In this document: positions 1 to 14,002 of the stretch, in pieces
Numbering within the stretch: position 1 is the first letter of the stretch
How the letters are laid out: every line of letters begins with the position of its first letter
DNA from: an uncultured Parachlamydiaceae bacterium
GTDB lineage: Bacteria > Chlamydiota > Chlamydiia > Chlamydiales > Parachlamydiaceae
Length of the DNA stretch: 64,000 nucleotides
Direction: 5' to 3'
Assembly: GCA_963752155.1 (NCBI GenBank)
Contig: CAVVXH010000010.1
Location: forward strand, 128,001-192,000
Program-made: the position numbers and the translations under genes
The notes under the pieces: generated by a model
The model's database searches: none
The model's input: the letters and a program-made list of their open reading frames with translations, nothing else
Told to the model about the DNA's origin: nothing

Positions 1-792
1 AAAGGTAAAGAGTGGTCAGAAGAATTAGCTTTAACGTTAAAGAATGGTGGAGGAGCAATTTTTCCTCATACTTATTTTAGTAAATGCGGACAGCAGATGG
101 GCGCAGTGATACACGCTATCCTAGATAGTGGAGCTGATCAAGTTCTCATGCTTGGGACAGTGCATGCCTTTGCAGATCTATTTGAAGCACGTATTAAAGA
201 ATTCAATGGAGAAGATATTTCACAAGAACCTTCTTGGGGGGTATTGGATCCCGATTCCGCAAGAGGAAAGGCTCTCCTGAGGAATGAGTTTTCATTAAAT
301 CTTTTTAAAGCTTTATGGAAGATTGAAGTGGAACGTAGAGGTAAAAAGGCTCCTTGTTTGATTGAGCGATATCCAAGCCTAGTTAATAGGCATCCGGAGA
401 CGCTTCCAGGCATGCAGGAGCTTAAAGAACTAGCTAGAAATGCAGTTATTATCGGCACGGAAGACTATTGCCACCATGGTGTGGCTTATGCCATTCCAAA
501 GAATTTAGCGATTCACATGGGAGAAATCGGCTTATTGTTTGCTCGGCAGCATATTGAAAATGGATTTTCGCTGTTGCACCAAAATAAATATGCTGAATTT
601 TATGAGCATGGAATGCATCTGAATGCGATAGGAGATCCTTCTGATGTCAGTACCACGATACATTATTTAGTTGGAAGCCATGCACAACCAAAAATTTTGG
701 ATTTGAAATTAGTCGATGTTTCTCATCTTTTTGAGCACGATCCCTCTCCAAGCTGGGTAGCAGCAACTCTTGTAAAAATCACAAAAAATTGA
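1..792 (+). CDS. MEMO1/AmmeMemoRadiSam protein B-like protein, 5'-truncated by the window edge
   Basis: Frame is open from base 1 (KGKEWSEELALTLKNGGGAIFPHTYFSKCG...). Motifs IFPH, LMLGTVH, NEFS and IIGTEDYCHHG resemble the MEMO PH / GxxH / EHS / SxDxxH motifs. Confidence 0.5.
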   Translation, partial: KGKEWSEELALTLKNGGGAIFPHTYFSKCGQQMGAVIHAILDSGADQVLMLGTVHAFADLFEARIKEFNGEDISQEPSWGVLDPDSARGKALLRNEFSLNLFKALWKIEVERRGKKAPCLIERYPSLVNRHPETLPGMQELKELARNAVIIGTEDYCHHGVAYAIPKNLAIHMGEIGLLFARQHIENGFSLLHQNKYAEFYEHGMHLNAIGDPSDVSTTIHYLVGSHAQPKILDLKLVDVSHLFEHDPSPSWVAATLVKITKN

Positions 793-1021
793 TTGTTTAA
801 TTTCTTAGATGTCTCCTTGACTTTTTCAAACGATAAAAATTATACTCTCCCCTATGTTGCCTAGGCTTGGCTTATTAAAAATGATGCTAAACAGCATACG
901 GTTCATCCTAATATTGGCCAAAAAGGCAAGATATTGACATGTAAAGCATAAGAATGCTAAGCACAGTTTTGAGCAGTCGAATATCGGTGTTGATTTTTAA
1001 GTTACTTAGGATTTCCCATAT

Positions 1022-1738
1022 ATGAAATCTCCTTCATCACTTTCTCAGGTCACAATTCAAGGTTATAAATCTATTAAAAATTTACCTTGTTTAGATTTAG
1101 GGCCTCTTAATATTCTGATCGGAACAAATGGATCTGGTAAAAGCAACTTCATAAGTTTTTTTTCGATGTTAAGAAACTTAGTAGATGGTCGTTTACAGCA
1201 ATACATTACCAAAGGAGGACAAGCACCTTCTTTCCTTTATCAAGGACAAAAGCAAACTGAATCTATTAAGGCTGCCTTTCATTTTCCTAGTGGCACATAT
1301 CAGTTAGAGTTAGAGCCCACAGTAAAAGGAGAACTAATGTTCTCGAAAGAAGAAATTTTACTCCTTAGGGGAAACAATACTCAACCATTCCGATTGTCAA
1401 TTAGCGGAGGATATCTTGAATCAGCACTTCCTTCTCCTCCACCTGACCAAATTCTTCAAGATGTTGCAAAGCACATGGTTCAAGCTATAGAAAGTTGGAA
1501 AGTATATCATTTTCATGATACTAGTCCGAATGCACCAGTAAAACAACGTGGATCAATTATCGGATGGTATTTTGAGATTTATTTGTCTTACAACTTTACT
1601 CCTTCAACCACACCTTCCAGCAACAATTATCATTGATGAACCTGAACTCGGCTTACATCCTTATGCAATTGAGGCTTTATCTGGACTCTTAAAAAAAGCC
1701 TCCACTCGCGCTCAGGTTATTATTGCAACTCAATCTTC
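1022..1738 (+). pseudogene. AAA_21/ABC-type ATPase with internal deletion and frameshift
   Basis: Walker A GTNGSGKS in 1022..1636. Signature, Walker B and H-loop region (LSDGILRF, IIIDEPELGLHP, IIATQS) lie in another frame from ~1548. The middle of the domain is missing. Confidence 0.75.
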
Positions 1739-1912
1739 ATTAACGATGGGCCTCAAACAGCCCCTTCCAAAAGAATTAAATCTATATATCCAGATTATCA
1801 GAAAAGCGTCGATGGGTTAAATATCTTGCAACAAATAGGTCTTGCTAAAATTCGGGAAAAGTGTGAGCATTTTAATGCATGGATTACTCGGCTTGAATTA
1901 CTTGCAAGATAG
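1739..1912 (+). pseudogene. C-terminal fragment of a DUF4276-family protein
   Basis: Manual translation INDGPQTAPSKRIKSIYPDYQKSVDGLNILQQIGLAKIREKCEHFNAWITRLELLAR* fits the DUF4276 C-terminus, the usual partner of this ATPase type. Confidence 0.7.
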
Positions 1913-1973
1913 CCACTCTTTACATTATTTACAAGCCAATTCTTTCGATAACCTGAGAGAGTAATTTCGCAGT

Positions 1974-2000
1974 TTAGCAGGCAAAGAACAAGAGTGCTAA
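1974..2000 (+). promoter_or_regulatory. CIRCE-like HrcA operator
   Basis: TTAGCAGGC-N9-GAGTGCTAA versus consensus TTAGCACTC-N9-GAGTGCTAA (16/18). Confidence 0.65.
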
Positions 2001-2026
2001 AAAAACGGAGATAGCGGAGATAGCTC

Positions 2027-2056
2027 TTGCTAAATAAATAAACTTTGTTGTATAAT
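2027..2056 (+). promoter_or_regulatory. Sigma66/70-type promoter
   Basis: TTGCTA-N18-TATAAT upstream of RBS AAGGAG and the ATG at 2123. Confidence 0.5.
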
Positions 2057-2122
2057 TAATCCTAGGACGGTGGTAAAAAATTGTCGTTTGAATGGGTAAT
2101 CTTTTAAGCAAGGAGAGGCTTA

Positions 2123-2887
2123 ATGAAGATAAATGTTAATAATAAAATACTTAGTATTCCTCCTTATATTTCTACATCATGGAAGCATGTTGAAGGCCTA
2201 TATATGAAAGGGGCTACACTGGTTGCAACTTTAATGAGTGGTGAGACCATAAACATCCCAGGAATTAGCTCTGAATTGATTGAAATGATTTTTAATGCCC
2301 ACGCTCAATTTTTAGAAGAAGAAGCCAATCACCGCACACCTTCGTCCCCTCAAGAAGATCTAACTGCTTTTCCATCATTTCCTTTTGGGCTTCCTTTGCC
2401 GGGCCAAGGTTTTCCTTTGGCTGTAGGTGGAGATAGTACATTTCAATTTGGCATCAGTTCGATGGATGGTTTTGGCTCCGCCATGCAACATAATCCAGCG
2501 CATGCTAATGCTCCAGATCTTCCTATTGAAATTCTTCAGAAAATCGGAGCAATCGTCAAAATTGTTGCTCCTGAAGAAATTCTAACAGGCACAATTGCAG
2601 AGCAAGATTGCAACTGCCCTTATTGTCAGATCACTCGTGCAATAAATGGAGATATCGTAGACGAAGCCTTTCAAATGTTTGAAACTTATGAAGTAGAGTC
2701 TCGAAGACCTGCAGAAAAGCCGGTTGAAAATACAAGTCCATGGAGAATTCAGCAAATTGACGAAAACCAATATCTTGTTGTCGATGTAGCTGATCAAAAA
2801 GAATACAGGGTCTTCTTAGGAAGTCCTGTTGCCTGTACTTGTGGACAAGAAGGATGCGATCACATTATAGCTGTTCTTAAGAGTTAG
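2123..2887 (+). CDS. Conserved chlamydial protein (CT016-like) with C-terminal SWIM-like Zn finger
   Basis: N-terminus ILSIPPYISTSW, QHNPAH..PDLP, CNCPYCQI and C-terminal CTCGQEGCDH resemble C. trachomatis CT016 (from recall). Confidence 0.75.
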   Translation: MKINVNNKILSIPPYISTSWKHVEGLYMKGATLVATLMSGETINIPGISSELIEMIFNAHAQFLEEEANHRTPSSPQEDLTAFPSFPFGLPLPGQGFPLAVGGDSTFQFGISSMDGFGSAMQHNPAHANAPDLPIEILQKIGAIVKIVAPEEILTGTIAEQDCNCPYCQITRAINGDIVDEAFQMFETYEVESRRPAEKPVENTSPWRIQQIDENQYLVVDVADQKEYRVFLGSPVACTCGQEGCDHIIAVLKS

Positions 2888-3909
2888 GATTTAGGGAATT
2901 CTGTAGGCTCCTTGAAATGTTGCCAACCTTCTCCGTTTAAAGATTCGAGGAAAAGTTTGAGATTGCGCTTTTCCTCGTTGGTCAGTTTAAGAGGTTTCAT
3001 GAGAGGGCTTAGATTTGAATTTGGAGTACCCCCTTTGTCATAATAATCAATGACTTCCTCTAAAGTCTTTATGCTGCCATCATGCATATAGGGGTAAGTG
3101 TTCGCAACCTCTCTTAAAATAGGAATTCGGAAGGCTCCTCGATCTTTATCCTCTTTGGTTACGTTGTAGCGTCCAAGATCTGGATCTTTGGCATCCATTC
3201 CAACCCCAATATTTAAAAAACGACCGTCACTAAAATTAAATCCTGAATGACAATTGGCACAACCCGCACGATTAAACGTTTCATAACCTTTAATTGCCTC
3301 AGGGCTCATTGCAGAACGTTCCCCTGCCATATAGCGATCAAAAGGGGAGTTCCCAGAAAGGACAGTGCGTTCAAATGTGGCAATAGCTTTAACAATTTGA
3401 TCGATATAGCAATCCTCATTTCCGAAAACTTCTTTGAAACGCTCTCTGTAACCCGGAATTTCTCTGACAGTGGTTTGGCATTTAGCAAAAGCTTCATGAG
3501 GATTAGAGGAGGAAGCCATCTCTTTGGGATTCGACAAAGGACCTTTTGCTTGTTCTTCGAGGGAGGAAACGCGTCCATCCCAGAACAATTGTTTATGATA
3601 AGCAGAATTGATCACAGTTTGGGCATTACGAGTGCCTTTAAGGCCGTAAACCCCATCAGAAACAGGTTTGTGATCTGCAAAGGATTCGTTGATTCCATGG
3701 CAGCTAGCACAAGAAATGGTGCCGTCTGCAGAAAGTCGTTTATCAAAATAGAGCAATTTTCCCAATTCAGCTTTTTTTGAGGTATATGGATTATCGGCCG
3801 GCCATTCGATAGGAGGGAGCCCTAGTGGAATTTCTATTTTTTCAGGGGATTCTCCATTTAATAGGTAGGTGCTTAGGATGGATAGAGTCATGAGTAGAAA
3901 TCGTGCCAT
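2884..3909 (-). CDS. Di-haem cytochrome c peroxidase (CcpA/MauG family)
   Basis: Two CxxCH motifs (CASCH, CANCH), LGKLLYFDKRLS, FWDGR, PYMHDG; signal peptide from the ATG at 3909. Confidence 0.92.
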   Translation of the reverse strand: MARFLLMTLSILSTYLLNGESPEKIEIPLGLPPIEWPADNPYTSKKAELGKLLYFDKRLSADGTISCASCHGINESFADHKPVSDGVYGLKGTRNAQTVINSAYHKQLFWDGRVSSLEEQAKGPLSNPKEMASSSNPHEAFAKCQTTVREIPGYRERFKEVFGNEDCYIDQIVKAIATFERTVLSGNSPFDRYMAGERSAMSPEAIKGYETFNRAGCANCHSGFNFSDGRFLNIGVGMDAKDPDLGRYNVTKEDKDRGAFRIPILREVANTYPYMHDGSIKTLEEVIDYYDKGGTPNSNLSPLMKPLKLTNEEKRNLKLFLESLNGEGWQHFKEPTEFPKS

Positions 3910-4073
3910 AATGTTTCTCCAAATGATGACGAAAAAAAACAAGGATGGACCTTAATGTCCTTAATTTTGAGAAAACCATAAATCTATTCATATGTAAATA
4001 CATTTTTTCTACATTAAAAAAACCTCTCTGTTATGGTTTTAGAAAGGAAATTAAAAAAAAGTGAAAATTGCGG

Positions 4074-4102
4074 TTGCAACAAAAAAGAGTTTTGTGTATT
4101 GT
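4074..4102 (+). promoter_or_regulatory. Putative rRNA operon promoter
   Basis: TTGCAA-N17-TATTGT preceded by an A-rich UP-like tract. Confidence 0.5.
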
Positions 4103-4314
4103 TTGATTATCACGACGAGCGCGAATGATATAGCGAACCGATCGTTGAAAAAAGCGAACAGCGATTCGCTTAAGAGGGTTGTTTTGACAGTACTAGAGAG
4201 ATAATGTACAAGCGAATAAAGCTTGTGCGAGAATAAACACGATCAAAAGCGTTTATAATCGCGATTAATGAAAATAGGTAAGCAATTTCCTTTTTCAAAT
4301 TTTCACAAATTTTT

Positions 4315-5864
<1,550 letters not shown>

Positions 5865-5979
5865 AAAGGACAAGTGGCTTTTTAAAGCTACTACAGGTTG
5901 AGACAAGCTTTATAACGCTGTACATTGTCTCTCTTAGTGCTGTCAAAGCACTTAACAGCTATTTCTTGATAGTCTAATC

Positions 5980-6052
5980 GGGGGTTTAGCTCAGTTGGTA
6001 GAGCATCTGATTTGCATTCAGAGGGTCAGGAGTTCGAATCTCCTAGCCTCCA
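5980..6052 (+). tRNA. tRNA-Ala(UGC)
   Basis: Cloverleaf with acceptor GGGGGTT/AGCCTCC (G3:U70), anticodon arm TCTGA-TTTGCAT-TCAGA, T-loop TTCGAAT; CCA not encoded. Confidence 0.96.
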
Positions 6053-6063
6053 TGTTTGCATTT

Positions 6064-6137
6064 GCGGTTATAGCTCAGTTGGTTAGAGCGCGACACTGAT
6101 AATGTCGAGGTCCCAAGTTCAAGTCTTGGTAACCGCA
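6064..6137 (+). tRNA. tRNA-Ile(GAU)
   Basis: Acceptor GCGGTTA/TAACCGC, anticodon arm CGACA-CTGATAA-TGTCG, T-loop TTCAAGT. Confidence 0.96.
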
Positions 6138-6397
6138 CATTCATATAGAAATCCTCATAAGCAAGTATCGATTATCTTGAAAGTCAAATAATCAAGTAAT
6201 CAAGTAAATTCTAAAAGTAAAGATCAATAAATTTAAGATTAGAAATAACATCCGAGTCTCAGATAAAAATCAACGCTTGAGGAGATCTTCTTCATAATAA
6301 TAAGTGACACTTGCAAATTGTAACCGATGCAAAGTCTGCAAAGGCGAAAAAATTAAACGTAGCTCATTATTACTAAACTTGTACAAAAATATTTTTT

Positions 6398-9357
<2,960 letters not shown>

Positions 9358-9506
9358 CCTTTTTTTAAGACAAAGAGTGGAAGCCAAATACAATTTCAAG
9401 CTTAGAATAATGAGAGCCTTTTGAAGAAGGTCTCTTCAAGCGTTGTTTTTTATCTGTGAATTAAGTGACTTCACTAGAGTCTAAAGATCATTTGCCTAAA
9501 AAGTTT

Positions 9507-9622
9507 GCTTGGTGGCAATAGAGAAGGGGAAATACCTGATCCCATTCCGAACTCAGAAGTCAAGCCCTTCATCGCCGATGGTACTGCACACAAGAGTGTG
9601 GGAGAGTAGGTCGCCGCCAGGC
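9507..9622 (+). rRNA. rrf: 5S rRNA
   Basis: GCTTGGTGGC...CCCATTCCGAAC...GCCGATGGTAC...GAGAGTAGG...GCCAGGC. Confidence 0.95.
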
Positions 9623-9632
9623 TTTTTATCTC

Positions 9633-9664
9633 AACCCTAACGACGCAAGTCGTTAGGGTTTTTT
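9633..9664 (+). terminator. Rho-independent terminator of the rRNA operon
   Basis: AACCCTAACGAC-GCAA-GTCGTTAGGGTT followed by a T-tract. Confidence 0.85.
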
Positions 9665-9667
9665 CTT

Positions 9668-9924
9668 TCAACGTAAAAGTTATTACTGGCACAATTACAA
9701 GTTAAATTAATAAAAAATTTTTTGGAGTGCGTGTGGCTCTGCCACCGCGCGTCACTAAATGTAACCAAGATTAAGTTAGCTAAAAAATACAATTTCAATT
9801 ATGTTGATGTAGAAACCTATTACCTAACCAAATAGACTTCTCGCGCGGTGGCAGAGCCACACGCACTCCAAAAAATTTTTATTAAGTTAACTTGTAATAG
9901 CGCCAGTAATAACTTTTACGTTGA
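9668..9924. repeat. REPIN-like long inverted repeat (GGAGTGCG family, copy 1)
   Basis: ~84-bp arms (9668-9751 / 9842-9924) containing TTTGGAGTGCGTGTGGCTCTGCCACCGC around a ~90-bp spacer. Confidence 0.85.
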
Positions 9925-10044
9925 TATAATAAATTGGCTGCGTCTTTAATGCGGTGGAAACTGACCAAACAATAGGCTCATGTGAAAATGGTCTTGACCA
10001 TTTTCTCACTAGAGTGTATTTTGGTCATTAGGATAGGAGTATTT

Positions 10045-11271
10045 ATGAACCATTACATTCGTAGACTTTATCAGCCTCTCATTGAAAATCATTTTACTCA
10101 CAATCGACAGATGCTATTCTTGATGGGGCCCCGTCAAGTCGGAAAAACGACTTTGACTTTACACCTCGCATCGGATCAAAAAAACTCATTTTATTACCTT
10201 AATTGGGATAATCTTGATCATCGCGCTATTTTCCTTGAAGGGCCTAGCTCAATTGCGCGGTTTTTAAATCTTGATTTAATTCGAGAAATACCCCCATTGC
10301 TCGTGTTGGATGAGATTCATAAATTTAAAGATTGGAAAAATTTATTAAAAGGATTTTTTGATACTTACGCACACAACGGTGAAATAAGAATTATTGTTAC
10401 AGGTAGCGCGCGTTTAGATATTTACAATGTTGGAGGGGACAGCCTCATGGGACGTTACTTTCGTTATCGTATCCATCCTTTTTCCGTGGGTGAAATGATA
10501 AGTAGTGAAGAGCGTTCGGCTGAACTGAATGTGCCCGCTCGCCTCGAAGATGATAAATACGACAATTTATATCATTTTGGAGGATTTCCGGAGCCTTTGA
10601 TGAAAGCAAATCCTCAATTTTATGAAAATTGGAAAGGTTTGCGTTTTCAACAGTTATTTTATGAGGAGGTCAGAGATCTTACAAAAATCCAAGAAATACG
10701 ACAGATGGAATTATTGGCCGTCATTTTGCGAAATCAAGTGGGAGGATTGACAAACTATACAGCTTTAGCAAACAAGGTGCGGGTTTCGATTGAAACGATT
10801 CGTCGTTGGATTGACACCTTATCACAACTTTATTATTGCTTTTCCGTTCGTCCTTGGTCAAGAAATGTAACGCGTTCATTGGTCAAAGAACCTAAATTTT
10901 ATTTATGGGATTGGGCTCTTATTGAAGATAGCGGCGCTAAATCAGAGAATTTTATTGCTTCACACTTGTCCAAAGCTTGTCACTATTGGACTGATCAAGG
11001 TTTAGGGAGTTATGATTTATATTTCCTGCGTGATAAAGAAAAAAGAGAGGTGGACTTTTTAGTATCAAAGAATGAAGAACCTTGGTTTCTTGTAGAAGTT
11101 AAAAACTCCATGGCTCCGCTAAGTTCTTCTTTAGGTTATTTTCAGAAAGAAACATCGACGCCTCACGCTTTTCAGGTTACAATAGATGCTGAATTTCAAA
11201 AAATCAATTGCTTCGATTTTACGCGACCTATTATCGTGTCTGCTAAAACATTCCTATCCCAACTTCCTTAA
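10045..11271 (+). CDS. AAA_14 ATPase with DUF4143 / PD-(D/E)xK-like C-terminus
   Basis: GPRQVGKT, LDEIH, VTGSA, GGFPE, EVDFL...EVK; RBS AGGAG before the ATG at 10045. Confidence 0.9.
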   Translation: MNHYIRRLYQPLIENHFTHNRQMLFLMGPRQVGKTTLTLHLASDQKNSFYYLNWDNLDHRAIFLEGPSSIARFLNLDLIREIPPLLVLDEIHKFKDWKNLLKGFFDTYAHNGEIRIIVTGSARLDIYNVGGDSLMGRYFRYRIHPFSVGEMISSEERSAELNVPARLEDDKYDNLYHFGGFPEPLMKANPQFYENWKGLRFQQLFYEEVRDLTKIQEIRQMELLAVILRNQVGGLTNYTALANKVRVSIETIRRWIDTLSQLYYCFSVRPWSRNVTRSLVKEPKFYLWDWALIEDSGAKSENFIASHLSKACHYWTDQGLGSYDLYFLRDKEKREVDFLVSKNEEPWFLVEVKNSMAPLSSSLGYFQKETSTPHAFQVTIDAEFQKINCFDFTRPIIVSAKTFLSQLP

Positions 11272-11358
11272 TATTCCTGGATTTTATATTGGTTTAATGT
11301 TATATTATTTATTTATTGGACAATAGCTTTGTAATCAACACATAAAATTGGAACAAAA

Positions 11359-14002
11359 ATGATCAATAATCTTATGAGTCTTATCAAAGAAGTTCAACAA
11401 AGCAATCAAATTGTTAGTTCCGAGTTAAATTCGATCTCAGGAACCTTCAGCTTATGGATACAGGATCAATTTTGTCCTACGCCTCCAGACTGGGCAATGA
11501 ATCATGTCAAAATCACTCAGTTATTAGAACGCTCAATTCAAGAACTAAAGTTCACTCCACATGGCATTCCTCAGGAGGCCTTCGATGCATTAAAAGAAGG
11601 GAAGTGGGGAATTAAACAATTAGGGTTACAAATTGACTTAGCTAAAATTTTGAAATGCTCTGAATCAGAACCGGCCCTACCGTTCTTAGCGAATCAACCA
11701 GCGCTTCATCAGCTACAATCACAGGGACCTCATCTGGAATTAGCTTCATGTCTCAATGAATGGCATCTCCATTTAGGCCTCATCATGTCAGTTTATCAAA
11801 GAACCAAAGATGAAAAATTAAAAGAACAAATCCGGTTTTTAGCCCTAAACTACCTTTACAAGGCAGCACCAATCAGTCCAAATGATATTGCGATTAGTCG
11901 AGAAACTATCGATATTTTATTTGAAAAAATGCAGCTCGGAATTTGGAATCCAGGGATTTCATACAATCGTGAAAGCGATATCTTCGATGCTTTTTTCACT
12001 AAAGAAATCCGATCTGTTCTATCAACAAATTGCGGTGAATCTTTTGTCATCGTAGATTCACTAGACATCGATTCTATTTTGAATTTGGATTTTTCTTTTG
12101 TGAAAATAAAATCTTTAAATGATTTGACTGACTATTGTTGAAATAATCAAGAAAACATCGGAAAAAATCGAACATGAACAAAAGCAGAAGCCCCTAATAA
12201 TCGACTGCACTGAACTGTTAGAAAAATATATTTACACCCATGGAGACAACGAAAAGGAAAAGTATTTAAAGACCGACTTGAGAAATTAAAATTGAGCTTT
12301 GGCATACTCCTTGGTCAATGCGAATTTGCCGAGAACAAAGAAATGATGAGCCGACTAAAAGCAAATATGAGCTTTATATGTAAATGTACGGTCAATGGAA
12401 TCCCTCTTCTAAAAGTTATCCCTATTTTTTCTAACGCAAATTCTTTGCGACCCCCTCACTTCAATTGGTTTCTTAGTCATACCGGTTTACGCTTAGGCAG
12501 TATCACAGGACGTTCATTGCTTTCTTCTGCACATTCACTAGAAAAATTAGTCCAGGATTGGTTCGGGAATTTTGACAAAGTACAGTGGCCTTGGACCAAA
12601 TGTAATTTATTTTAAAAGTAAACTTGAACTGGTTGAAAAGGATCTTTTTCTAAGATTAAGTCATCAGTTTAAAAAAAATAAAGGGTATTTAGCTAGTCTC
12701 GGAAGCCCAACGTTAGAACTAATCAAAGGTTGTTTAAACGAAATTGATGAAAAAAAATGGCTCATTTTTAATGAAAATTTAGACCGGCGCGAACTCGTCC
12801 AGACATGCCTTTATAGAATTTGTATGCATCTAGGCAATGCTGAAGTTCATCAAGATAATTTTAGCAAATTTGCACAATATATGGAGTTGATTCACTATGA
12901 ATTGAGTACATTATTATATCTTTTTGAACCATTTAAAGACGCTAATTTTTCTGATATCTATTTGGAACGTCTTGATGATGTCATTCCTCCTCCATTAAAA
13001 AAATATTTCAGTGCAGGCCTCACTAAATCAGCGATGAATACTCTTACAGGGATTAGGGTCGCTGTAGGTCCTGAATGTCAGCCGACATTTACTCATGGAA
13101 CTCATTTTGAAATCATGGATATCTTCGGGCAAGATCAAAGTTTTGATACGCTCTTAAAAAAGAAAAAGGATTGTCTTTCAACGATTGATCTCTACTTGGG
13201 GGAGTTTAATCATAACATTTCTCTTTTTGCGAATGGCAATAACTATACCTCTTCCAATCCGATTAAAGAAATAGACCTCTTGTTAATTAACAGATCTGAA
13301 GGGAAGCCGTTGACTGTAGCAATGGATTGTACCATTGATTATTTAAAATCTTCTAAAGCTCGTGAACTCATAGAGCATTTTACCGGAAATATTTTGGCTG
13401 GAGATCTGAACATCATTTTCTATCAAAGTGGCCAAAAATTTTGGCTTTTAGGAATGGATCACGTTTATGGTTCTCCTTATTTTATGTTAAATAATGGAGA
13501 CCCAAAATGGAAATCATTTGATATGTTAAAAACAAGCGAAGCATTTAAATCAGATGCTTTGAGCCGACAATGGTTTTGTTTAACAAATAAATATGCTCTG
13601 ACTTCAGATGCTTATAGGAAAGCAATTTTTGAAAATACACGTTATTTGCTCGATCGAGTTCCAGCGGAATTACTTCCTGAAAATGAAGGTAAAATACGAA
13701 TAAGTCAGGCATCAGATAGCGTCGATAGTTGTTTCATCGATATAAAATGTTATGGAAATGAGAGCTTCTCATTGGCTCATCAGCTCCAACAACGACTCTA
13801 CGATCGTTTTATCCAACAAGGAACTATGTTATACAGCCGTGCTGGTTATGGATATTACCATGCAAACCTAGTCAAATTCATGAACGGTTATGATGAGGAA
13901 GTCAATTATAAAACTTTGCGTATTACTCCTGGTATTAATCCACAAGAAAATAAGATTTTATTGGCTTTTTTCCAAGATGCAATAAATCTACCCGGTTTTT
14001 AA
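11359..14002 (+). CDS. Large hypothetical protein with C-terminal PLP-dependent (Cys/Met metabolism-like) domain, split by frameshifts (paralogue A)
   Basis: ORF pieces 11359..12141, 12292..12615 and 12572..14002 align co-linearly with the opposite-strand paralogue. Motifs VAMDCT, SGQKFWLLGMDHVYG, LRITPG. Confidence 0.6.
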
